DNA of 44,719 bases, taken from NCBI RefSeq assembly GCF_001194135.2, contig NC_068997.1, positions 3,295,844 to 3,340,562 of the forward strand, written 5' to 3'. The translations under genes were made by a program, and so were the position numbers. This document shows positions 23,497 to 34,140 of this stretch, piece after piece. A model generated the notes under the pieces. It did no database searches. It was given only the letters and a program-made list of their open reading frames with translations, and had not been told where the DNA came from. The number at the start of each line of letters is the position of its first letter. Position 1 is the stretch's first letter. The stretch comes from Octopus bimaculoides (Eukaryota).

Positions 23497-23747
23497 TGTT
23501 GGGTTGGTGCATAATTATTGCGGCTTTTTTTTCAACAAATTTTATTCAATAAAACAATAACATGTAAGAAAGGCATCTTTAAATGATTGTTCCGGAGCAT
23601 ATTTACCATCTACTTCAATTACTGTTTCCCATTTGCTTGGCAGACGGTCAGACCGTCATTTAAAGATGTTTTTGTTAAATATTGCTATTGTTTTTGTGGA
23701 ATAAATTTTGTTGAGAAAAAGCAGCAATAATTATGCGCCAACCCATT
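23497..23747. mobile_element. Mariner-derived MITE or internal-deletion derivative (about 250 bp)
   Basis: Imperfect TIRs tgggttggtgcataattattgcggcttttt..caacaaattttattc / gaataaattttgttgagaaaaagcagcaataattatgcgccaaccca. The interior reads on the minus strand as LPSKWETVIEVDGKYAP, resembling a mariner transposase C-terminus. Confidence 0.85.
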
Positions 23748-25195
23748 ACTAAGATTTTATGCAAAGGTTGCATATCTAATGAGAATACATTATATTTGTC
23801 TGTAGCTTCAATTGGAGTCGGTGAAAATTCTAAAACAATTTAGACCATTTAGTTGCATTTGAGAGAAATGTGAAACGATACAATCGTAGTTACAACCCGA
23901 AAACAAACGGAAACTTCCTTTTTTGAGAACAGTTTTAGATTTTATCAATAGTTAAGACACTTAAGCTTGCTTTTTCAATCCAACTATTTGTAACTATGTA
24001 CAAAAGATGCACAAGACCCAGTATTTAAGTAGTGGGAGCAGTATATTATAGACGAGTATTTTATTCAATTCCAAATTAAAGACATTTCCTCCTGTAAGTC
24101 TGTACCATTGCAGAAGATTCACTCTGCTGGGAGTGCGGAAGTTTGACACTGTACACTATTATACCATGACGCTGTGGGTCACTCTTCTTATGGCACCGTC
24201 ACACGTTAACACTGACACTATGACATATGACATTGAGACAGTCATGGAGTATAATGCTGTTGCGCACTGACACTTTCACAATAAGCTATACATTATGTCG
24301 AACACGATCCATGAAGAAGATCTCTCCCCCAATCCCTCATCCTGCTACAAATACCAGTCATATTTCTTTGACATCATAGTCTAGCTCTTTAAAATGAAGA
24401 AAGGACAGATTGAATAATGTGCTTCTGTGTAAATTTTGCTTGATAACCAATAGGATTGTTACGACTGAAACGCATTTGATCACATCTCTGCTTAATCAGG
24501 GCTGAGCCACAGGCTAAACAGCGCCAACATAGCAACAACTGTTCCATCACCAATAATGTGATTAAAATGTTGAATTTAATAGAAACGTCTTAATTTCCTC
24601 TCTTTCAAAATATAGACACTATTTACCATATAGGAATGGTTTAATTGTTTTATGCACATTAATCATTGAAAAACTTCGACCACAGAACTTGCTTCCTTAT
24701 AACAACCGACCGCAAACCCAGCAAGCCTTAATATGTCTCAGATAATGGTTAGAATTCAGCGCTGCCTTTATTGTGTGCGAAGAACTGATATTTTATGCCC
24801 CATTACATTAATACACTCCCCCAGACATTAATTTAAGCGTGAATCATAAATGCTTTGTGAGTAATACAATCAAATTTTATAAATCAATCTATGGCCTGAT
24901 ATATATCGATTTATTTGTTCAATAAATCAATCAAGATCGGACTTACTTTTCGCCTGTCAAGCCCATCAAGCGTAGTCATTATTCATATTGTCATTTTTTC
25001 TCCATTAAGTCAGGCGAATGCCAATTTCCAAGTTAATCATATATTTATCAAATGTCTTGCTTAGTTAAACACATTCTACAGATTGGCCAGAAATCTTGCC
25101 TTACCTAAATAAGTCAGATACAATAATACCATTTACAAACGGTTTTGTTGGCTTTCAGTTTTGGCTTTCCACTCTGTTGCTGGGCTTAGGACGAA

Positions 25196-25280
<85 letters not shown>

Positions 25281-25284
<4 letters not shown>

Positions 25285-25490
25285 AAGCGGCAAGCAGGCA
25301 GAATTGTTAGCACGCCGGGCAATATGCTTAGTGGTATTTCTGAGTTCAAATTCCGCCGTGGCTGACTCGTCTTTTTCGCTCATCCTTTCGGGGTCGATAA
25401 AATAAGTACCAGTAAAACACTGGGGTCGATGTAATCGACCACTCCACTCCACCAAAATGTCAGGCCTTGAGCCTATAGTAGAAAGGTTTA
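25281..25490 (+). mobile_element. SINE family B, first of a tandem pair
   Basis: tttaaagcggcaagcaggcagaattgttagcacgccgggc..gagttcaaattccgccg..catcctttcggggtcgataaaataagtaccagt. Confidence 0.88.
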
Positions 25491-25501
25491 CTTGTAATAC
25501 T

Positions 25502-25695
25502 ATTTAAAGCAACGAGCTGGCAGAATCATTAGCAGGACGGGTAAAATGCTTGGCGGTATTTCGTCTGCCGCTACGTTCTGAGTTCAAATTCCACCGAGAT
25601 CAACTTTGCTTTTCATCCTTTCGGAATCGATAATTTAATTACCAGTTAAACACTGGGGTAACTGTAATTGACTAGTCCCTACCCACAAATTTCTG
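25502..25695 (+). mobile_element. SINE family B, second of the tandem pair
   Basis: tttaaagcaacgagctggcagaatcattagc..ttctgagttcaaattccaccgagatcaactttgcttttcatcctttcgg. Confidence 0.88.
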
Positions 25696-25704
25696 AGTTC
25701 GTAT

Positions 25705-25900
25705 CAGAACGATCAAAGCGAGTTTTCCGAGGTGCCGTACCTTCGTAACCGCCATTAGACTGCTCCAACTCTTTCCCAATTCTGTGCATCCTCAGATTGA
25801 CAGTCAAACATATATATTATTTGAAAACAGTTTAATTCACCTCCATGCAAAATGAAGTTTCGTGCGCTCGTTAAATGAACCTATTTCGTCAGGCTTGTCG
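25705..25900 (-). mobile_element. Possible 5' fragment of another Tc1/mariner (maT-like) transposon
   Basis: The minus strand reads HRIGKELEQSNGGYEGTAPRKTRFDRSD, resembling a transposase N-terminus from memory only. No partner TIR was found. Confidence 0.35.
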
Positions 25901-26078
25901 AAAACCAAATCGGAGTGGATATATTCGTCTAACGAATGTAGATTCAAAGCTGCATGAAACTGAATGAAATTATTATTAAATAATATGACTCCTACCAAAT
26001 GTGTTCAGCGCTACTTTAATTAGTCTGTCCGCTCACTCGTATAAATATACACGCATACATACGTTTGTGTGTGTGTGT

Positions 26079-26145
<67 letters not shown>

Positions 26146-27536
26146 ATTTGTGTGTGTCTGTGTCGTCTGTGTGTGCCTGTCTGTTTGTGTGTGTGTGAAT
26201 GGGTGTTACAAACATACCTGAACTAATTCAAAAGTTTATTTACTTCAAAACATATTCTGCTAACATATATTTTATTCAAGCCTGGAGGCTAATCGCACAC
26301 ATCAGCAAATAGTTTTTGCTGACTTTCCTAAAACGATGCTATAGCCTCCGATGTCATTTTGAGTTGTCTCAAATGCATTCATCTACCAGAAGATCCCCAA
26401 TATAACGGGGTTTTTTTTACACCTATTGCCTAAAGCTAGCACTTTCTCCATCGCAAAATGCAGTGACAGGTGACCACTTTACAGGTGAAATATGCCAAAA
26501 GAGAAATTTAAGACAATAAAAATTTGTTTGGTTTACAACTCGGATTAACGTGCATGATATAACATACACACGGACGTATGCATATATTTATACACATACA
26601 TTTTTATATATATACATGCATATATATAAACACATATATTTGTCTGTGTGTATGTATGTATATAGTACTAATAAAGTAGAACAGGTATAGGGAAAAAATA
26701 TTTAAAAATATACAATAACTCTTAGAATGTTAGCTTAGATTTACTCTTATCGTGACTTTAATCCTGACGACATCACTAACGTTAAATATTAGCCCCGAAG
26801 TAAAGTCGTGTGACTTGAAAGTTCGGTATCTTTTTAACAGAAAAAAAATTCGGTATTTTCTTTGCATATGCCTTGGATATATACTGCAAAAAAAAATGGT
26901 TGGTTCCAACAAAGGAAGTAAAATTTATCATTACATTAGCTTAGGTAGTAATACTTTCAATCGTTTTTTATTTTATCTTAATTTTATGCTTGTATATTCA
27001 ATATGCAGAATACTTAGAAGACAACTTCTTCTGCACCTGAAGAGAATTCAGTGCCTGAATACTTAACAACGTTTAAACACACTGTAAAGAAACAACAGCA
27101 TTACCGATTTCTGGTTACCGATGTGAACTTTTTTACGCATTTGTATAGATGCATGATGAATAACTACATGTGTCTATGTGCGCATGCATATTTATGTGTG
27201 TATGTGCATTTGTATATGTATATACATGTGTTTATACACACACACACATATATATATATGCATGTATGTATGTATATACATATATATATATACATACATA
27301 AATACATACATACACACACATAAATGCAATAATAACGGGCCTTAGACATTCATTTATTTACTTATTGTAAACTTACAGCTGTTTCTGGTAAGTATTTTGG
27401 GTGCGATCATGGTTCTGTTTACTCAGTTGGTCAGTTGATCGACTGAGATGATCGAATTAAGTGAACGATTCTTAAACACACGCGCACACATGCACACATA
27501 TTACTATACACATATACATACATATGTTCATACATG

Positions 27537-27573
<37 letters not shown>

Positions 27574-27583
27574 ACGCACAAAC

Positions 27584-27720
27584 AACAACAGACGAGGACA
27601 GGTGGTGTAAATAACAAAAGGATGTATTAGTATGACCCTCGGGAATACGAAAAGTCTTTGACGTTTCGAGCTACGCTCTTCAACAGAAAGAATACGGAGA
27701 CAAGGAGAAAAACACGGAGA
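27584..27720 (-). mobile_element. Short dispersed repeat carrying a hammerhead-like motif (Penelope-associated type)
   Basis: Second copy at 1-46, plus the motif described in the next feature. Confidence 0.6.
27655..27691 (-). ncRNA. Minimal type I hammerhead-ribozyme-like motif with variant core
   Basis: Minus strand UCUUU-CUGUUGA-A-GAGC-GUA-GCUC-GAA-ACGU-C-AAAGA: 5-bp stem I, 4-bp stem II, palindromic ACGU stem III, GUC cleavage triplet. Confidence 0.62.
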
Positions 27721-28428
27721 AAAAAAATTTGAATAGTGTTCAGTCAACGGTCATGTATATATAAATATACATATACATTAGTTATATTGTTTTCATTTGA
27801 CGGAAATAGTTGTCCTCATCTTGTTTGTTGTTAGCATTATATACGTGTGTGTGTGTGTGTGTCGCTGTAAAATGGCTGATCATTAGTAAGGAAAGACATG
27901 CAAAAAAGAAAAAGAAGGCAAAGGACTACTGATAAGGTCACAGAAGTGTGACGAAAGAACTCGGGCTGAAATACCATTAATATAAAATATAGCTGAAGCA
28001 AGTGAACACCAAATATATAGTGCGTGTGTTTTTTATTGGCTAAACTGGCAACATGACCATCCCCAAATACACCACTATTTTTATATATANNNNNNNNNNN
28101 NNNNNNNNNNNNNNNNNNNNNNNNNNNNNNNNNNNNNNNNNNNNNNNNNNNNNNNNNNNNNNNNNNNNNNNNNNNNNNNNNNNNNNNNNNNNNNNNNNNN
28201 NNNNNNNNNNNNNNNNNNNNNNNNNNNNNNNNNNNNNNNNNNNNNNNNNNNNNNNNNNNNNNNNNNNNNNNNNNNNNNNNNNNNNNNNNNNNNNNNNNNN
28301 NNNNNNNNNNNNNNNNNNNNNNNNNNNNNNNNNNNNNNNNNNNNNNNNNNNNNNNNNNNNNNNNNNNNNNNNNNNNNNNNNNNNNNNNNNNNNNNNNNNN
28401 NNNNNNNNNNNNNNNNNNNNNNNNNNNN

Positions 28429-28496
<68 letters not shown>

Positions 28497-28640
28497 AAGT
28501 GTGGTTGTAGAAAGTTGAATGCCTGTGCGAGTATCTATCAGATTTGCTAAGACTTATTTTTTTTATTCAAAGTATTTCACTAAATTCTATTCATGTCTGA
28601 ACGTTGTGTTGTGCTTTTTGGTAAATCTGTTAGTGTACGT

Positions 28641-28671
<31 letters not shown>

Positions 28672-28835
28672 TACACACACACACACACACACAGACACAC
28701 ACGACCACACATACTTTTGTGTGCGCATTTATGTGCATATGCATTAGAGATTTATATATGATATATAAACATATACAAGTGTGCATCTAGAGATATAGAC
28801 ACACACACACATACGCACACAAACCCACATATATA

Positions 28836-28914
<79 letters not shown>

Positions 28915-29468
28915 ATTATAGGTCTTGTGATTATATCTCAGTGCAAAAGTGTGAAAGCGTTGAGGTGGGCGATGAATGAAAGACTGTTTTGAAAGGAATG
29001 TTCTACCGCTCTCTTCGGATAATCTTTTAAATATATTTCTTTAAATGGTGGAAATCCTTATCTTTTATTTCAAGGTGTGTCACTTAGTTGGGGTTCTTTT
29101 TTTTTATCTTTTCTTAATGTTTTTTTCTTTCTTTCTTCTTCCATACCAATATTATTATGATCGTTATTGTTGTTTGTTGTTTTTTTATTTTTTATCATTA
29201 TCATCCTTTCCACATTTATTTTCATAATCATCATCATCATCAACATCGTCGTCATCACCATCCTCCTCCTCCTCCTCCTCCTCCTCATCATCATCATCAT
29301 CGTGTTCGTTCTGTCGAAAGTTTTCATCGTCATCATAGTCTATGTTTGGCGTGGTTACAGTAGCAGCAACCAACCATGTAGCCAAAGTTTTATATAACTG
29401 TTCTTATGCATGACATCTTTTTTTTTTTGCATTCTCAGTCTTTGCCCTTTTTCTCTCTCTGTCTGCCG

Positions 29469-29509
<41 letters not shown>

Positions 29510-29875
29510 GTGTAAATGTCTGCATGCAATTATACATTTAAATATAAAGAGGCACATCACAATTTACATTAGCAGATATTAAATTCAATATCTATTATAA
29601 CGGCTCCAGACACCAGGCCTAAACTTTCATGTGTTTACAATGATATTCAGTGGAAAACAATTAATCTGCAAGCAGACAACTACTATAAATAGTTGGTCAA
29701 GGTGATGTGTACTTTGGAAGAGAGACGGAAATAATGCGTTGCTTTTCTACTCTGCTAGAAAGCATACAACGTGCAGCAGAAAATATATAATGAGCAAACC
29801 GTGCACTTAGAAATTCTTTCGTTAGAATTACTGTGAATTGTTTACCGTTTGAAAGTGCTCAAAAATCAACAAAAT

Positions 29876-29987
29876 CAACAAAGTGACTCAAGGGCCGAGA
29901 GTTTCGTATATTGGCACTTATCAAACTTGATATGAAGTCTGAAAAGTGCCAACGCACGAAAATCCCGGACCTCGAGTCACTCTGTTG
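29876..29987. repeat. 112-bp fold-back: 44-bp arms (36/44 identical) and 24-nt spacer
   Basis: Left arm caacaaagtgactcaagggccgagagtttcgtatattggcactt; reverse complement of right arm caacagagtgactcgaggtccgggattttcgtgcgttggcactt. Confidence 0.93.
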
Positions 29988-30790
29988 CTCCTGCTAAATA
30001 TTAATGTGTGTGTGTTTGTGTGTGTGCGCGCATGTGTGTATGTATACATATGTTCAGACATACATGCATACATATGAGAAGCTGAAAATGCAAAGAGAAT
30101 ATATATAAAGGGTTATTTAAATTAAAATGAATACACTTAACCGGTTTCATGTTTTTATGATCTTCAAAGATGTTAGTTTGAGGAAGGTAGAGTTTTATTG
30201 CAAGCTGTGTCGCTTCTAATCTTTGTTCTANNNNNNNNNNNNNNNNNNNNNNNNNNNNNNNNNNNNNNNNNNNNNNNNNNNNNNNNNNNNNNNNNNNNNN
30301 NNNNNNNNNNNNNNNNNNNNNNNNNNNNNNNNNNNNNNNNNNNNNNNNNNNNNNNNNNNNNNNNNNNNNNNNNNNNNNNNNNNNNNNNNNNNNNNNNNNN
30401 NNNNNNNNNNNNNNNNNNNNNNNNNNNNNNNNNNNNNNNNNNNNNNNNNNNNNNNNNNNNNNNNNNNNNNNNNNNNNNNNNNNNNNNNNNNNNNNNNNNN
30501 NNNNNNNNNNNNNNNNNNNNNNNNNNNNNNNNNNNNNNNNNNNNNNNNNNNNNNNNNNNNNNNNNNNNNNNNNNNNNNNNNNNNNNNNNNNNNNNNNNNN
30601 NNNNNNNNNNNNNNNNNNNNNNNNNNNNNNNNNNNNNNNNNNNNNNNNNNNNNNNNNNNNNNNNNNNNNNNNNNNNNNNNNNNNNNNNNNNNNNNNNNNN
30701 NNNNNNNNNNNNNNNNNNNNNNNNNNNNNNNNNNNNNNNNNNNNNNNNNNNNNNNNNNNNNNNNNNNNNNNNNNNNNNNNNNNNNNNNNN

Positions 30791-30860
30791 GGTGGGGTAT
30801 CTGACAGTGGGGTGGGGGTATGTGTCTGCGGGGTGGGGTATGTGACTGCGGGGTGGGGTG
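30791..30860 (+). repeat. G-rich minisatellite with a unit of about 20 bp (GGGGTGGGGTATGTGACTGC-like), running into a gap
   Basis: Read directly; seven runs of 4 or more G. Confidence 0.85.
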
Positions 30861-30989
30861 TGTGGCTGTGGTATCAATGAAAATTGAAGGTGGCTAGTAG
30901 TGAAGAGAAGAAGTAGGTGTCAGATGATGAGAGGAGGGATGGGTAGGAGTGAAGAGAGTAAGCAGGTATCAGATGAAGAAGGGAGAGGA

Positions 30990-31310
30990 ATCAGATGAAG
31001 AGTGGAGGGGAGTTGAGCCCATGTGACGCAAAGGAGCGAAGAGAGAAGATTAAGTCTTGTTCACAGCGAAGGCAGGAGTCTGGATAGCCCCTGTGCAAAG
31101 ACAATCCAAACACAGACAGGTGTTGTAGTGAATGACTGGTAGAACACAAATGGCGCTGACCGGGGTGTCGTTGCCGAGTCTGATGTCCCGGAGGCGCTCC
31201 GAGAACCGGTCAGACAAGCGGCGTCCCGTTTGATCGATGTACAGAGAAGGGCAGAAAGAGCGTGAAATGCTGTAAATGACGTTGCTAGATGTGCAGTAAA
31301 GGATAATGAT
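30990..31310 (-). pseudogene. GIY-YIG endonuclease C-terminal fragment of a Penelope-like element (Neptune-like style)
   Basis: YCTSSNVIYSISRSFCPSLYIDQTGRRLSDRFSERLRDIR..PVS, then after a frameshift LIFSLRSFASHGLN. Confidence 0.85.
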
Positions 31311-31371
31311 GGGTGGCTGTGAGCATGGTAGTATTGGAGAGGTAGGGGCAAGTTCGGCAGCGAGGGCTGGA

Positions 31372-31415
31372 GCAGAACAGCACTGAACCAAGAGACCTAT
31401 TATCAATGTTCCACT

Positions 31416-31421
<6 letters not shown>
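31372..31421. repeat. 50-bp dispersed repeat; second copy at 41620-41669
   Basis: gcagaacagcactgaaccaagagacctattatcaatgttccactcgtgat versus gcagaacaacactgatccaagagacctattatcagtgttgcacacgtgat (45/50). Confidence 0.9.
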
Positions 31422-31452
<31 letters not shown>

Positions 31453-32249
31453 ATGATATGATATATGATATGGACTTCTTTCAATTTCCGTCTGCCAAAT
31501 CTACACGCAAGGTTTGTATGCATACATACATATATATATATAGATTCAAGGCTTGAATATGGTACTTATGCGAAGGCACCCGAATTTCACATCCCAAAAG
31601 GATGGGTGATTAAAATCAAATAATAAGCAACACGGATTTCAAAAGTGATTGCAGTACGCACGTTTCATGCTACTTCAATTTATTTAAGTAATGTGAGCAT
31701 TACCNNNNNNNNNNNNNNNNNNNNNNNNNNNNNNNNNNNNNNNNNNNNNNNNNNNNNNNNNNNNNNNNNNNNNNNNNNNNNNNNNNNNNNNNNNNNNNNN
31801 NNNNNNNNNNNNNNNNNNNNNNNNNNNNNNNNNNNNNNNNNNNNNNNNNNNNNNNNNNNNNNNNNNNNNNNNNNNNNNNNNNNNNNNNNNNNNNNNNNNN
31901 NNNNNNNNNNNNNNNNNNNNNNNNNNNNNNNNNNNNNNNNNNNNNNNNNNNNNNNNNNNNNNNNNNNNNNNNNNNNNNNNNNNNNNNNNNNNNNNNNNNN
32001 NNNNNNNNNNNNNNNNNNNNNNNNNNNNNNNNNNNNNNNNNNNNNNNNNNNNNNNNNNNNNNNNNNNNNNNNNNNNNNNNNNNNNNNNNNNNNNNNNNNN
32101 NNNNNNNNNNNNNNNNNNNNNNNNNNNNAGTCTAAGGTATTTTACCTTCTATGTTAAAAATTTGACTCTGAGGAATTCCTAATTACTTACATGTCTATCT
32201 CGCATGTCAATCTTTATAATCGCTATTAGCAAATAATACACGTGTAATG

Positions 32250-32390
32250 GTTTTGTCCGCTTTTACGTTGTAAGTTCAAATTCTACTGACACCAACATTG
32301 TTTTTCATCCTTTCGGGATCGGTGAAATAAGTTAACTAGCCCCTCCCAAAAATGTCAGACCTTTTGGCTATAGTAGACAAAATGATTATT
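32250..32390 (+). mobile_element. SINE family B, partial
   Basis: aagttcaaattc..tttttcatcctttcgggatcggtgaaataag..caaaaatgtcagacctt. Confidence 0.65.
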
Positions 32391-33043
32391 AATATTTGTC
32401 ATAGTAGTGGTAGTAGTAGTAGTAGTAGTAGTAGTAGCAGCAGCAGCAGCAGCGGCTCTAGTGGTGGTAGTAGTAATAGTAGTAGTAGCAGTAGTTACTT
32501 TTGTCCTTGTTGCTTTTGTTGTTGTCGTTGCTGTGGTGGTGGTATTGTATGCTTGAACGGTTGAATAATCTAGCACTTCCGTTTGTTTACTCTGTATATC
32601 TCTCCAATATGTCTCTTTTCATCGAAAACGGAAAATATTCCTTTATGTTTTTTTTTCTTTTCCCTCTGTTTCCATTTTCATTTGGATTTTCCTCATTTTT
32701 TTTTTATCTCTAGTATTTCAAAACGTCTTTTTTTTAAGAGACACATCAATCTCTTTATCTTTCGCATTCACTTTTCCTCTCCTTCGCCCCTCCATCGCGC
32801 CACTTTTCACCCTCTCACATTCTCTCTCATTCAACTATTCTATTATCTACCGCTCTCTCTATTCTTTGGGCTTGTTCACCTTACATTCAAGATATTTCTT
32901 TTTATTTTTTGGTCATAAATCTAAGACGTTCTAAGCATTTTATTTCCTATTCCATTTCTTTTAAAGTTCACGTTCATTTACATACATACATGCACATATA
33001 CGCTTATGTGTATGTGCATGCATGCTTATATATGTATATGTGT

Positions 33044-33077
<34 letters not shown>

Positions 33078-33959
33078 CATATATATATATTTGTATTTAT
33101 GTACGTATGTTTGTGTAGAGCTGCATATATGCTTGTATATGTGTATGTGTGAAAACCTATACAAAAAAGGCTTTCACTTAACACAACAAATGCATTATTT
33201 TTGTCTGTAAATTCTAAATGTAAATGTAACCCATCAGATGCAGTTTTCATACACTCTTCTTATACCCTTAACGCAATATCCTGCCCTACACTCTAATTCT
33301 TTTACATTCTCATCGCTCTCCATAAATCTCCAATACAAAGTGGTTTCCGGTCACGTCACAATTTTTTTCTTCAGATTCCATTTTGGTTTTGACGTGATAC
33401 ACACGCACAGACGCACGTGCACATGCCTACATACATACATGCATATGTTTCTTGTGTGTGTCTGTATCTATTGATATATAATATATATATATATATATAT
33501 ATACAGTATGTATGTATACATCAGTCTATATACATGTACACAAACAGATACGCACACACTAACATGTATGTATGAATGTATGAATGCACGTATGCATGTA
33601 TATACATATGTGTGTATGTGTGTGTGTGCGTGTTTGAGTGTGTGTGTGTATCGGGGAGGTGAGAAAATTGAGAGAGAGACAAAGGGAGAAACAGAGAGAG
33701 ACTTGGTGAGGTAGACTAGCAGTACTTACGACTGAACTACTAATATGTGGAATGACTTTAACTTGGGAGTGGCGAGTTCAAATCTTAGATTCGGTATTTA
33801 GGTGAAGAATCTAAGTTATTACTGTGTATACCATATATCTATAAAATGACCTTAAATTCTATGGAAATACGAAGTAATGATCAAACAATAGACAAAGCGA
33901 ACATTGTTAAAGCACCCCTAAGAAAGTAACTACACATTATATGGACTAATTTTGGTTCA

Positions 33960-34140
33960 ACTGCTTGACAACCGGTGTTGGTGTGCTTATGTTCACGTAA
34001 CATTAGCAGTTTGGCAAAAAAATCCTGATGGAATCAGTACCAGGTTTTTAAAAAGATAAGTACTGGGGACGATTCATTCGACTAAAAATTCTTCAATGTG
34101 GCGCCCCAGTATGGCTGCAGTCTAATGACTGTAACAAAGT
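33960..34140 (+). mobile_element. SINE family A, 3' half
   Basis: gcttgacaaccggtgttggtgtg..gataagtactggggacgattcattcgact..ccagtatggctgcagtctaatgactg. Confidence 0.75.

Noticed and set aside
27379-27387. Plus-strand 9-nt microexon-like site (cttacag|CTGTTTCTG|gtaagt); similar sites at 41444-41458 (+) and 35638-35646 (-)
   Set aside because: They occur on both strands, showing that such patterns arise by chance. There is no independent support.
29909-29930. UUGGCAC seed resemblance to the miR-96/182/183/263 family inside the long hairpin
   Set aside because: A mature sequence starting there would run across the loop, and the rest does not match.
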